Below are positions 51,046 through 64,000 of a DNA stretch of 64,000 bases, in pieces. Source of the DNA: Orbicella franksi. Its lineage: Eukaryota. A program made the translations under genes and the position numbers. The stretch spans positions 10,044,001 to 10,108,000 of the forward strand of contig OZ116698.1 in the NCBI GenBank assembly GCA_964199315.1. The letters run 5' to 3'. Below the pieces are notes generated by a model. The model worked only from the letters and a program-made list of their open reading frames with translations, did no database searches and was not told the origin of the DNA. Within the stretch, counting starts at the first letter, position 1; each line of letters begins with the position of its first letter.

Positions 51046-51844
51046 CAAGTAGCAAAACAGCTTATTGATTCCAACGACAGTTATAGTTCTGTGTTTGCCA
51101 ATGTGACCATAGTAAAGATCTCACCAGACGATCCCAGGCTTATGCAGTAGCCGAAATTGTGTGTACAAAGGTAATTTTTTACTGAACGGAACTACAAGGG
51201 ACCGGCGGAAGATCTGGGAGATGTTTGGGAGATGGGAGATGGGAGATGTTTGGGACATGGATATGGCGAGTAAATGATTGTCGAAGGTATCATAAACTGA
51301 GACTAATAGAGACAGTCTCAGTGTAAGCAGTTATAAACGAGACAAGGGAGGTTAACCCGATTCCGGGACCTGATTGCAGGTTGGAATGAACTGGCTAATT
51401 TGTACAGAGGACAGAGGGATATTCAGCCTAATACATTGACCAATGCCAGAAATTATCTTAGCCAGAGAGAGAGTGAGAAAATAAACCTGCCCAATCACTC
51501 CAAGTATCTTTGTATAAAGCTATATATAAGCTTACTCCTTTCTTACCACTGTGTGTGGGATGAAGAAAGATGCTGGGATTGGTTTTGCAGTTTTTTAAGG
51601 CCTTTTCACAGTTAAATGTAATAATCGCTAGCTTCCCCCTGAAATCAACCCTGGTGCTGACCTAAGCAACATGTCTAAGAATACCATATATTCTTACTAA
51701 TTTCATTAGACTCTTGTAAGTTGCTCAAGCCCAGCATTATTAAGTGAGGGTTTTTTTTCATAACTATTTTTGACAGCCATTCATCTTTTCATTATACAAG
51801 AGCCTATCACACCGCAACAAAGTGCTTGAGGGGTTCATTTACTA

Positions 51845-52020
51845 CTTGGATTTGTTTCTCGGTAGCCCCGAGTTCAAATCTTTGGCCACGCTTATAAATA
51901 GCCAACTGGTTTGCCAGTTGGGATTCTTAACAATGTTATGTTGAATTTGAATTATTTTGTTTCAGTTGTTTGCTTGGCCCACTAGCACTTGTGCTATAAG
52001 CATTGCCGAGGGTAAAATAA
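51845..52020 (+). mobile_element. SINE family 1, 3' portion
   Basis: TGGATTTGTTTCTCGGTAGCCCCGAGTTC...GCCAGTTGGGATTCTTAAC...; shares its body with the element at 2226. Confidence 0.65.
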
Positions 52021-53790
52021 AAGTTTAATTTTAATTAATTTACCACTCTATCTTGGAGCCTGGTAATTTTTTTCCTGAACCAGCTTTTCATTTGTAAAAT
52101 GCAATACAGGGATATTACATGAAAATTCAAATATTTACCTGGGTAGAATTAATTTGAAGACTATGTTAGCAGGTCAAAAGATAGGGTGAAAAGAATCTCT
52201 GAGACTGTTACAACTAGGGATTAATGGGGATTTCTGAAAGGGAAAGTAATGTAAACCTAGTTCCTTTGCTTTATAACTAAGATTCCAATACTCAAAATTC
52301 ATAAATATTGGTTTGCCCTTGAAACATTCCACCTTGTTGAGCTTGGGTAGACCCCAGGAAAAAAATCATGTAAAGAATTGAACAAAAAAATATAAATAAT
52401 TTTTATTTTGTAAACAACAAAACATATCAAATTGTCATGACAGGATAGTCTGTCCACAGATGTTTTTTATTTTTTATTTTCTATTTTTTTTCGCAGACAA
52501 GGAGTGAAAGAGAATGCCAAATGGGAAAAAAATAATATTGTGTGTTAGTGTTTCCACAGCCACACCCCTTGCCTTTTGGCTTGTTCTTGCCTCCTGTGGT
52601 TAATATTTTGCGTGTGATCACGATGAACTCAAGACACAATAGAGGGTCTGTGGACAGACTGCCACAGGATATCTCACAAAAATTGTACGATGCATGCAGA
52701 ATGAATTCAAAAAACTAACAATAAACAAGAAATAATAGGAATGAAATATTTCCGTCACACTTAAAGGCAAGTAACTGTGACTGGGAGAACGTTTTTTATT
52801 AAGATGGTTGTCAAGTAACTGTTCAATCTCTTTGTTCTGTCAGCTTTTTACATCACTGAGGTCAATTTTTTTCGCTAGCTGATCTAGACTCCCAAAGAGT
52901 ATTCACAACGGGGATTTAAGTCACGGAACCCGCGTTGCGTGAAGGTAATCACACAACGCTCCTCTTGAGGGCGACGCGTTGCCCGACAACGCCTGCAAAG
53001 GAGACAATCAACAGCTACAGCTGGATTATGTTTGGACCGTTGGGACTCATGAAATTGTGTTGTTTACTTTATGAAAAGTCACGTACGTATTAATTAAGAA
53101 ACTCGCAAATGAAAGTCGAAGCAACTAAACGGAAATTTTGCCAGACCTAAAAAATTCCACCAGAAGCGTACCGTTTCTGGGGTAACCTGCGGCGATCACG
53201 TTCTGCCAGTTACCCAGTAACAAGCAACGAAAAGGATAGCTTCATCGTTGATTATTTCCTGAAGTTTCTTTTTTGTGTGTGTACGAACAATCCAGTTTAT
53301 GACTGAATATATTTCGGTTTACTCGTGTTAACCAGGTACTCGAGTTTGTCAAGAGGACTCTTGATGTCATAATTCAATTATTATAAATAATTCAACTACC
53401 ATCCGTTCTGATAGCCGGCTTCAGCTTTATTCCCCGCCTTTCGATCGAGATGAAATTTCCATAAAGAGCTTCGTTTGATATAAGCGCTCTGAGGGTGCTT
53501 GCTGTCCGCCAAAAATGCAAGAGTCATATACTCGTGTGCTCTTCGGTATCCGGAGATCTCTAGCTGCCATTATTCTCCTCCGTTCTGGAACATTACCAGC
53601 ATCCGGATATGCTTTTGTTTGATTCCGTGTCCGTCTCTGCTAGCACTGAAGTTTTTACATATGACAGCCAACATGGGGGAAAACTTAACCAAATTGCTGC
53701 TATCTCTTGTTCCAAAGGTTTCCCTCGCTTACTTTCGTGAAGACGGAGACTAAACTGCTTAAGGTTTCACCGCTGGCATTTTAAGGAATT

Positions 53791-54255
53791 TTATACTACA
53801 GTATTTGACCTGTGTCGTGATTTCAAAGATCCGTTAGCATGTGATTTACATTCCGATGTGTCGTTTTGTTTTTTCATGCTTTGGCTGAAACAAACAGGTC
53901 TGTTGCAAGGTTTCTCTGCGTCACAGGATGCAGGGGTCTCCTTTGTGCACCACTCACCGCGCCGATGGCCAGTAAGATGACGAACTACCTCCAATTTCTT
54001 ACATATCTTCGGTTCGTAAGACGAAGTCAGAAGCCTTGCGGAGAGTAATGACTGTAAGGAGCACTTTCTCCTGAACGCCCACTCTTTGTCAAACACAAAC
54101 TCATTATCCGGATCTCGGCCCGATGATTTCGATTTACCAGTTTTTAGTTCGTTATCTTTCGCTACGGTTGCCCCACTGCAATCGTCACTCGAACTTTCAT
54201 CGTCGGGAAGATAATCTTGGTCGCTCACGTGGGTGCTAACACCCAAGTTTTTCAT
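53791..54255 (-). CDS. uncharacterised intronless protein (154 aa), paralog of 57683-57922
   Basis: ATG-initiated ORF with an acidic N-terminus and DNEFVFDKEWAFRRKCSLQSLLSARLL, shared with the neighbouring ORF. Confidence 0.75.
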   Translation of the reverse strand: MKNLGVSTHVSDQDYLPDDESSSDDCSGATVAKDNELKTGKSKSSGRDPDNEFVFDKEWAFRRKCSLQSLLSARLLTSSYEPKICKKLEVVRHLTGHRRGEWCTKETPASCDAEKPCNRPVCFSQSMKKQNDTSECKSHANGSLKSRHRSNTVV

Positions 54256-55164
54256 GATTTTGTTCTGGAATCAAATGCCGCTACAACGCGCCGAAAAGCG
54301 AAACTTTCGTGCAAAACAAAACAACAAAAACAAAGGTTTTCCTTCTGATGTGATCTAAACGAGATTCGCTGTTGATGTCTTTAGAATTAGCCGGGAATTA
54401 GCATAACAACAGCGTTCTTTTTTGCTGTTATTAGCTGACAAAGAGCTAGAACGCTCCAGAGAGTAAACAGTTTAAATAATTTGATACGGCCTGAACAATA
54501 ATCCAAACATTTAAATTTTAAGCTAAAAGGACTATTTACCAAACTATTGGGAAAATATAAATATACCAGAGGACTTTTACAAATTTTAAGGTATATGGGG
54601 CAATACACTTCACGGCTGAAGGTAAAAGAACGTCAAATTGTAGCAACCTATCACCGCATACATTCATTATATATTTAGCGGTACGTTCCCAGAATTGTAA
54701 AGGAAAACCGTTCCCCGCCAAAATAAGTTCTTCCAAGCACGATCCCGCGAAGCCTTAGGATAAATGTGGATTTCTCTAGAAGTTTAAAACGTCGAAAAAC
54801 TCCTAGAAACGAATTAGACATCGCCCAGCTGGTTTTAAAGAATTATTTCTCAAAATAAGGGAGACTGGAAAAGAACAAAAAAAAATCCACATTTCGATTT
54901 ATTTTGATTGTTAGGAATTATTTATAGGCTTCAGCCAAGAGATAGGAAAGGGCGGCGCAAAGGCGGCGCAAACTTTCATCTGCATGCATTTATAAAATCA
55001 CTCGATTCACCCGAAGCTGGTACAATGCCCAGCTGATCTCTAATTTTGTTTCGCCGTAGACAAGGTAAATTAACGTTTTCTAGGGCAAGGAGATAGGAGG
55101 TAGGGAAGATTACTTTTTGTTATTTCCTGCGTTGCTCTACTACGCCCTACATTTAGTGAGTCTA

Positions 55165-55907
55165 GGCCCTTTGCATGACCGTGTCACGTGACTTTGTCAA
55201 TCATAGAAAATGGTCGTCGTACGAAGAGAGTGTTGAAATGTTTAGTAGGATTTCTAATTTTGATGCCATTGACGTTTTGGTGCGAAATTTTAAGACAGTA
55301 TGATGCTGGATTGCAAAACTTGTCGTCCCGCGTCCAGCAGCGTTTTTCTTTACAAGTTTTGTTAATTTTTTAAAGCCTCTAAATAGCCGTAACATCTCAA
55401 ACTTTAGCGTCAGTGGCCTCAAAATTGGAAACCGAAAAAGGTTCATCGCGCCCTTTCCACTTCTGGTATTTATTTCGTACCACAACCATTTTCATCAGTG
55501 TTTGACAAGGTCAAGTGACACGGTCATGCAAAGGGCCCCGTCCACACCTAAGCCGGAGGAATTTGAAAACGCAGCTAGTTCTACTGTTAGGCCTCCCGTC
55601 CACACTAATCCGTCACCAAAACGAAGCTTTTCGAAAACGCTCCTCAAACCTGAGGAATTTGAAAACACCGGCTTTTCGTTTTCGTGTGGAAAGAAAACGT
55701 GTTGAAAACGGAGTTTTTCGAAAACTATGGTGTCACGATATCATGTGATTTCCCTGACCGAGTTTTCCTCAAACACAAATCCAAAATGACCGGTGATTGC
55801 TGCTTTTTAAATTCCTCCGGCGCAGTGTGGACGGAAAACATTTGATGCGGCGTTTTCAGAGTGAAACCTCCGTTTTCAAATTCCTCCGGCTTAGCGTGGA
55901 CGGGGCC
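55165..55907. mobile_element. two fused GGCC-ended MITEs (PIF/Harbinger-like)
   Basis: Element A 55165-55537 (TIR GGCCCTTTGCATGACCGTGTCAC) and element B 55534-55907 (TIR GGCCCCGTCCAC..TAAGCCGGAGGAATTTGAAAACG) share one GGCC. Confidence 0.75.
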
Positions 55908-56185
55908 TTAGTTGATTAGCGTAAAGTTCGTACTAACTTCGCGCGGACTTCGCGTGCAAAAACAAAATGCTCATGAACAACCTTTGGTTTACAGACTCAA
56001 TACCTACCACTTCTTTATGTGTTTATTCTAGATCTTCACTGACGGAATAACCGCCTGTTAATCTCAAACAATTAATGTGAAAGTATTCAGTTCGATAAAT
56101 GCATGCCATGAGCTTTCTACATCTTGAAATTTTGGAGTTACAAGTCACGATTTTTCGAGGATTCCCACCTTCTTTAGCTTGTTCC

Positions 56186-56327
56186 AGGCTCTCGGTCAGT
56201 GGGGACGGTCGGAAATCGGGCGGGCGACAAGCGACGAGAGGGGTCTCCCGAATCCCGCTCGGTGCTGATCCCGCTCGTCGCCCGCCCGCTTTTTCGATCG
56301 TCCCCACTAACCGAGAGCCTGGAACAT
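56186..56327. mobile_element. short MITE
   Basis: TIR TGTTCCAGGCTCTCGGT.AGTGGGGACG at both ends. Confidence 0.75.
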
Positions 56328-57000
56328 GTTACGCCTTCTCTGTCTCACTATAATGGACGGAGCTTCACACCCAAACAGAAAAAAAAGAGTCAGTGATATA
56401 ATCATAGGTTATTGAACTTGCGTTAGGTCCGTATTGGAGAAATATTGGTCGAGTTCTTTTTTCTTTATGGTTTACAGACGGAGCCGGTCGGCAATGCAAT
56501 GAAAAAGTTAGTGAGGGATTCGTCTTGGCTGTCAGTATTTTAAAATTCAGACCGCTAAGGGAACTGATCAGAAACTCCTTTTCATCACTATCGCGGACCA
56601 GTTCAGCGATATAAAAAATACCCTAAAACATTCAGTTTGCATTAATTTCACGTGGGATCTTTGGTTCAGCCGCACTTCGCACGCAACTTTCGCACTTTCG
56701 CCAATTGTCCAATTCAACCATTGCCGTATCTCGAGGAGAAAAAGAAGACCCTAGTATGAAGCCCTTTTTGGGTTTGAAACTTGCCATCTCGGGATATTTG
56801 GGGGTAAGAAAGTTTTAATTTGTGGTAACTTTTTTCAAACCGAATATTCTAGCAGTCATTTACATACACGTAAACTAAATGCAAATGCAAGCCGCCTTTA
56901 AGTTTTATGCTTAGAAAAAAAGGATCGTTGTTTTTTTTTGTTTTTGTTTTTTCATTCTCACAGTCTCTGCAACTGATATCCCTTAGTCTCTCCCAACCAG

Positions 57001-57230
57001 AGTCAAGTCAAGTCAAGGCAAGTCAAGTCAACTTTATTTCACAGCACTTCAACGAATAAACTGATCATGAATTTGGAAATTCCATGAACAAAGAAATTTA
57101 ACTGTGTATCAACCTTGTACAACCGCTTCCTTCCCTCATAACTGATAGCATAGACCACGAAAGATTCAACTCATTGTTCCTTATCATTTTCCTTAGCCAT
57201 TTGAGATCATTGTTTTCTAAACTATGTATA
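57001..57230 (-). mobile_element. retroelement 3' end with (GACTT)n tail
   Basis: On the - strand, AATAAA is directly followed by tandem GACTT units (AAGTC on +). Confidence 0.55.
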
Positions 57231-57682
57231 TATTGTTTTATGTAAAAAACTACAGTTTCACTTCCGGAGAGAGCAGAAAATCAAGATGTCAACTCCCTTG
57301 AAAAGAGGTATAAATAGACTTCTTTCCCAAAACCACAATTAAGCGTCCGCCTTTCTAACCAAAAGTGATAATATTAGCTTCGTCCATTGTTCATGTTTCT
57401 AATTCGGACGCTGTCTTCATGCCTGTATTATATCTTGGCTCTCAGTTGAGTAAATTGACAGTTCGATGATCAATATTTCTCGTGCCAAACTATTCTCATC
57501 GTATTTCGTCATTCCAAGATCAGGTATTATTCTCGTGAGTTAATATGTTTCTCAAACAACTCTTGCGTCCTTCGATGAGCGCAACAATGTCATAATTTCT
57601 CGTATTGAGAAAATATCAGTCACCGACATTGTTTTTTATTCACCGATCAGTGTGACTAAGGCCGTCATCAAGCCAAACAACT

Positions 57683-57922
57683 TTACGAAAGAGCAGTCTT
57701 CATTTTGCCCTCCAACCGTAGCAGCAATCGAGAATAAAGAAGCGAAGACAAGCTGTACCTTCTCTTCAAAGCCCACTCCGTGTCAAAAACACATTCGTTC
57801 TCAGCCGTGGTTTCTACAATGTCTTGATGAATTTGTCCAGTGTGAATGTCGTCGCGGCTCAACGAACTCTCACTGATGTCGGATTCGTCATCGGCGAAAC
57901 ACTCTTCGTACGACGCGTCCAT
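57683..57922 (-). CDS. uncharacterised intronless protein (79 aa), paralog of 53791-54255
   Basis: AAAATG start, acidic N-terminus, and ENECVFDTEWALKRRYSLSSLLYSRLL. Confidence 0.72.
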   Translation of the reverse strand: MDASYEECFADDESDISESSLSRDDIHTGQIHQDIVETTAENECVFDTEWALKRRYSLSSLLYSRLLLRLEGKMKTALS

Positions 57923-60509
57923 TTTCTCGAAGTGCTGTAATGAAATTGCTACCTCCTTCGCTCTCTTGAAGTTTTAACTGCTCCTCAGAGGTCCTCAAAC
58001 GTCAGAGCGCCGGAATCGTTCAAGGTCTAGTTTCGTTTCGAGCTGTAAAACGCTTGAACTGCAAATGTTAATGTCGCACTCAGCGCCCACGGGGGTGTTT
58101 AAAAAGTCACGGGTTTTCCTGTGATCATTTGCCAGAAAATGCTAGACCGACGGAAGGGGCGGAATTGCAACAAGGTAATTAGGCTCATTTTATTGTCAAA
58201 ATTGCGCCAAAATAAACCGCAAAGACAAAACTAAACTACAGAGAAGAAATCCGACGTTTCTGGCATAGTTCAGTAACTTATTGAGAACAGGTTGCGTTTA
58301 ACATTTTTCTGCGTGCGTTTTTATTCTCAGCAACATAATTTTGCTTTAAACATCGAAGAGGGAAGCCCGGGGAGGGAAGCAAATAACTGGGGGTTTAGGG
58401 GGGGTTGGGGAGAGATTGTGATCTCGTTTCACGCACAAATTTTGCAAAATTCACTCGTTTTACATACTTTTATATATTAGCTGCTTTTAACGACGTTTTC
58501 ATATTTCATAAATTCTCGTGTCACTTATGTTTTTTAGTTGCTTTTCACGCGTTGCACACTAATTTTTTGCCCTCGTCACGTTCCGCACATGAGCCCTTTA
58601 TTTTCCCCTTTGCCAATGGTTCATAAAAAGCGTAGAAAATTCGCAAGTTACGTACATGCCAGTATTTGTTTTCGATTCAATCCCCCATTAAGTGCAGGTT
58701 CTATGGCCATTGTCGACAAGGTAAAGAAAATGAAAATTCTCACCATTTTACTGCGAGTGTGAAGCGTTATTATATAAGGCTGGGCTCGTTGACGAACATG
58801 CAAAAAATAAATACAAGAAATAAAGGAAACTGGTGTGCTATCGAAGGCAAGGCCCAGAAATAATCAAGTTTTAAGTGTACAGTTATATAAATATTTTATC
58901 GAAGACGGACTCAATTTTATACATCATTTCCATCTTCCTTTGTTAAAAATTTCTATTTTGCATCATATCTATTTATTTATTTGTTAAATAAGCGGAGTAC
59001 TTCTCAGTGCTGTGGTTGATTTTAATGTTCTTAGGATAAGCTCGCCTAATTTATGGATTCAGTTGTACTTCTCGTTTCCACCAATGCTCGGCTGTCGGGA
59101 CTGAATCTATAGGTACAGCAGTCTGACGAGCATTCCGTCTACTTTAAACTCCGCGTCCACAGGCCTGCGTCCGTCTAAACATACCTTAAAAAATTTACGG
59201 TAGTAAGTAGGACGGGTTAATTAGTGGCCACTTAGGCGCCATTTTGTGAACCCACAGTGCCTAGTACCAGTTCTTCTCAAACCTCTTTCAAGATGGCGGT
59301 CGACCCCTCGTCCGCCATCAATTGGAAAGACGATAGGAACGAGGTTGCTCTTTCTCGACAGAATTTTCTCCCAACACTCGACCAGAGAACCGTCTGATCA
59401 TGAGGACTCTAAGGGTCAATTTTTAACAGATATTCGACGGTGTTTTCGTCTAGTGGATGTCAAAACTCGTCGACTTAGACACGGCAGATGAAGTAAACGG
59501 GTAAATTTTGACGAGTTTTCCGTCAAAAACCTGCCCCGTCCCATTTTCTTGTTATGTTTCTCATCCAAATAATGTGAATTGGGCCGATCTCTACGATGTT
59601 TAGTCTCTCTGGGCTTTTTTTCCCAACTGGTCAATAAAACACTATTCATGCACGACTTCCGGGACGACCTATATTTGGTTTAATTTTGGTATTTTGCAGT
59701 AGGAAGGGAAAACGGTCCTCGATCCTTTTCCTCTGAAAAAACACGCTCCAAAACGTTTCCGGGCAACAATATTGCAATTTCTATCATCATTGTTCTATTT
59801 TTCTTTTTTTTCTTTCTTTTTTTTTTTTTACTGCTCTGCCGAGAACTTGGCAGTTTTAAGATCCTTTCTCAGTTCACTCTAGGACCATCCGCATATGAGT
59901 GTCACTGTCAGCAGAGAGTGCAGAGTCTATAACTGTGGTGTCCATTTACTCAATTATGTAAACCGTCGCGGCGGCTAATGTTTTTCTTTTTCCTTCTTTT
60001 TATTCCCGATCCCGTCTGCCGAGTCGTATTGTTAACTACATTAAGTATCAATTATTTTCAGTGGAGTTTGGAAATTACTCTTGGGCCGCGCCAATCCGTC
60101 AAAAAGAAATTCGAAGTCCAGTGATGTACAAAGGAATTCAACACCTGCTCGAAGGCTCAACAGTGTCAACAGTTCCAACAGTGGCTTTGTTTTGAACGGC
60201 CGCATCCTGCCGCTTTTACTTTTGGCCCATGTCCTGCTCCACTCAAAATTAATTGCACTCGCACCCTTGTCTATGCTCTACAAGACCAGAAATAACCCAG
60301 CAATATGTAGATAAAGCCAAGTTTCACCCAGTTAATAATTATTATTCTTCCACACGCTCATCTGGACATGCTTTTAAAGTATTCCCATCGTTAAGCCTCC
60401 TATCTACAGGAGTAAAACAGATTGCCCAGTCATGTAGTATTGGCAGAATCGTTTGTGTCTTTCAAAGAAGCTATTTTTACGATTTATTACTTATGTTTGC
60501 GATTTATTA

Positions 60510-60881
60510 GATCTATTAGTATAGGTATTCATATGGTTTCGACTTCAATTTGGAATTAATTTGCACGAGTGAGTTTTTCAAAAAGCTGAAATTGTACGAG
60601 CCGCTTCGGCGAGTGCAATTTCAGCTTTTTGAAAAACTCACTAGTGAAAATTGATTCCAAATTGAACGAGAAAAACCGTATGATTACTTATTGATAATAT
60701 AAACACGAAACAATTCGCGTAGAAGGATTTGCCGGAAGATCTTTCTTGAAACTTTTTTCGAAGTTTCCGCACAAAATTTTCGTCATCATTTTACGTGATA
60801 TCATTGGCTGAGAAAATTTCCTACTGTTTCTCAGCCAATCATAATCCAGAATTACGACGTGTAATTTGCACTGGTGTTACA

Positions 60882-60914
<33 letters not shown>

Positions 60915-60945
60915 GAGTAAATTTTTCATGTATATTATTAGATCG
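60510..60945. repeat. interspersed repeat with internal hairpin
   Basis: Internal palindrome GTGAGTTTTTCAAAAAGCTGAAATTG...CAATTTCAGCTTTTTGAAAAACTCAC and duplicated TCAGCCAATCA.AATC. Confidence 0.6.
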
Positions 60946-62569
60946 ATAAGTTTATTAGCTAGCGCAGTCCTAGATATTCAGCAATGAGTTTGGACTTACA
61001 TAGTAAATAATGAATAACTAAATTTCAGAATCAATTTATCCTGATTTATCCCAATCCCGCCTAGCTTGATTAGAGTCTCAGTTCTCCACGTAATTATAAC
61101 GTGTGATTTTCTGTTTTTCCTCACACATCCCGCCGTTAATTTTGAAACTATCCCGCGTCCCGCCTGTCAAAATGAGCAAATCCCACTCAAGCCGAAGTAT
61201 TTTTATCTCGCATCCCTCCATTAAAATTTATTTCATGCCGCATCCCACGTGAAGCGGGATGAGAGTGAAAATGGTAGGACTGGTAACGGCCCGCCAAAAC
61301 TTTGTTGGATCCTCGATTACTCCTAGACGACCTAGTCACATATATAATGCTGAAAAGAAAAAAAAAAAAAAGAAACGATTTTGCCGGCAACGATGGGACA
61401 GCTGGCGATCTCATATCCAAGAATGTACATATCGTCATTCATGTGTCGTTTCGGTGTTTATAAGCTCATAGCCTGGGCCCAACTGAAAGATTGTCACGTG
61501 TTGTCTGTCTCTGCGGAGTAGGGACGAATAGAGAACAAATTTTCATGTTTGCTGGTGTTGGACTGTAAAGCGGCCAGTATTACCGTCCCGGACTTGCTAA
61601 CCATCATTTACCTCAGAAAGGTAAGAACTGTACAACAACATACAAGTCAAATGACAATACTATTATGCTTGCCGGCCCAAATTTAAAACTCGAAATCAGA
61701 CTTTTAGATGTGGCAGCTTCAGTGGGATTTCTATCATAGAAACCTGAGCCGAATGCCTCATCGAAAAGGTCACTTTTTTCGTTTCAACTACCCGGTCGCG
61801 GGGAAATTTTTTATGCAACATCCTAAAGTTTTTTGAACTCGATAATACCACGTTAAAACATTTATTTCAAAATAACTGAACGTATTTAACTCTATTATAT
61901 TTTGTTCCACCATGGATCGAAGTCATTTACATTGTAGAATGGAAGCTGTTCCTTCGATACCGCCAAGAATTCACAAGAATGCATTCAAGTGACTTCTGTC
62001 AAGCAAACAAGACAAGATCGACACTAAACCAATTTTATATACGTTTACCTCTATCAGAATAATCTGCGATTAAGTTTTAACTCTATCGTGTTCCAAAAGG
62101 AAATGAACAATACCATTTTCGACAGTTTTCAATACGCGTTTTAGAAAAATTGCGTTACTCGACACATGCTACTTTACATTTCCGGTTCGACTGCGCGAGA
62201 CTTCCGTTTCTTGACGTCAGCGGCAAACTTTCGTAAACAATGCGTGAAGTGACGTGGCGGTATCATTTGCTATGGTGAGTTCAATGCCGGAAAGTTCATT
62301 AGCATAATATGTTAAAAAGTTAGCTCTTCGTAAACTGTGTTAGACTCACCAAACTTCGTTTTACTTTGCTGCACGTTTAACCGATGTTTTCCTCGGCTCT
62401 TTGGTAAACTTTGGCTTCGTCCCGTTGCGGGGAAGTCAAAGGATTCCGCCATGGAAGGGGGGACCTCTGAAGTGCAAAACATCCTGGTCTAAGCATCGTG
62501 AATTCGCTCTACAGCTTTGTCGTGCGTATAGTTTCTTCATCGGTAGATTTGCTGCGGTCAGCCTACAAT

Positions 62570-63788
62570 ATGGCACAGATTCCAGGCATTTTTAACGCAG
62601 CTCAATTCTTCGGTAAGTTTTTTTGCTTGAAGCTAAAAATCTTTAGGGCTTACTGTCGCGATGAAAACCTGTTTTAGACACCGGTTATAAAGTTCTACCA
62701 GCAAAAGCCGACTTTTCTGAAGTCACGGTTCACAGACTGAAATAGATATTGAAAGGTCGGGCGATTCTCTTTAACTGAGAATTTTCTTGGCGAATTTTAT
62801 CAGCAGGTTATCTTATATTTAGAGAAAACTGCTTACAGTTTATCCTGTGTCGTTTGTGTACCGTTTACAGATATTTTACTTCCGGTTGGTTATTTTCTCG
62901 AAACTTGAAGAACAGAGAAAATTCAACGTGCTTGTTTAATGAAATAAATGGTGAATAGCTTTACTCATGATATCTTAATTTTCATTTCTCTTAAATTCTT
63001 GCAGAAGCAACCCAAGTTTTATTTATAAATAGTGTTATTAATCCTTTTAACACAAAGGATTCAAATTCTTTTGTTGAAAAAAAGAAGGGCAAATATATAT
63101 AATATTTCTCTCTTAGTATTTAGGCATGGAATGTCTGGCAGGGTCTTTGCACAGTAGTTGGTGTGTGTGTGGAACTTATTTGTAAACTAGTGAAACTAAA
63201 TAATACTTGTTCCTTGTTTATTACACAGTTATTCAAGAGATATCATGTGGTTCAATATTAACCTTGGTACATGGTGGTATTTTCCTTTGTTTTTTTGATA
63301 TAAATTGTAATACATTACATTACACCAGGACGAAGGAAAATATCAAGTTGTACAAAGGGTTAAATTGAACTACAACAAATATAGAACAAAATGATTGTCC
63401 AGGAAAAATAGGATGGTCTAGTTTTAAAACTCGCAATAGATGTAAGTAGGTAATGCTATTAAATATAAATATAGACCCACTAGCATTCTATCTGAATGCT
63501 GTTTTCCATGAACTATGCTACTCACTATCTGTTCTGTTGTAGATGGTGAGTAGCCTAGCACAATGAATGACTGGTAGATTTACACTGAAACAATTAGATT
63601 ATTCGCTGTTGATTTCTACATATATATATGGTAGTTGATTTGGGCTGGGCCCTCGTCAACTATGAAATCTTGCGATAGAAATCTCAAGCTCATAATCTAA
63701 CTGTTAAATATTATGGCATTTGAATTTCAGGTAATTCAAGTCCGAAAAAAGGCCAGCAAGATTCTTTTTGGGATCAACAATCTAACAG
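62570..63788 (+). CDS. first two coding exons of an unidentified gene (continues right of the window)
   Basis: Exons 62570-62612 (TTCG|gtaag) and 63731-63788 (ttcag|GT...AG|gtaat) give MAQIPGIFNAAQFFGNSSPKKGQQDSFWDQQSN. Upstream region has TGACGTCA and TTCCGG motifs. Confidence 0.55.
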
Positions 63789-64000
63789 GTAATAAAAGTA
63801 TTTCCTTCGTAGACATAGACATAGCCATTTTTCCTGGACAATTCTGTTCAAGGGGAAAAGGAGCAATGAGAATAACCCTTAAGCCTGGTACATGTCCAAG
63901 AATTCTTTTCTTTTTTATGTTCAGACTTCCAAACCACTAATTTGGATAGTCTATCAACCAATAGGATGTAAGTTGCTGTTGTCTTACCCTGATGTTCTCA

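Noticed and set aside
59230-60320. promoter-like AAGATGGCGG with a short ORF, and a possible exon at 60062
   Set aside because: No phase-consistent open gene model could be built; it may be a non-coding or repeat-derived region.
1-64000. CRISPR arrays or prokaryotic operon-like systems
   Set aside because: No regularly spaced direct repeats with unique spacers; the sequence is clearly intron-containing animal DNA.

Overview
Animal (eukaryotic) genomic DNA, AT-rich and intron-containing. The repeat landscape (tRNA-SINEs, many short MITEs, Penelope remnants) and gene style suggest a stony coral or other anthozoan cnidarian; this is an inference. Genes rebuilt by hand from GT-AG exons: ZZZ3 (-, runs off the left edge), an orphan ORF (-), an orphan class A GPCR (-), a 4-exon uncharacterised 534-aa protein with five dispersed LT[RK]xxxARxEAxxxFG repeats (-) head-to-head with a nearly intronless MEI1 (+), AGPAT1/2 (-) head-to-head with CDK9 (+), TYW3 (-) head-to-head with CDC26 (+), two small intronless paralogous ORFs sharing an FDxEWAxxRRxSLxSLLxxRLL motif (-), and the first two exons of an unidentified gene (+). 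Intronic and intergenic space holds SINEs, LINE 3' ends, nested MITEs, a Penelope-like element with inverted termini and a minimal hammerhead ribozyme. Best novelty candidates are the repeat protein sharing a promoter with MEI1, the 2-exon MEI1, and the tandem small motif proteins. No database searches were run, so family calls rest on recognised motifs.
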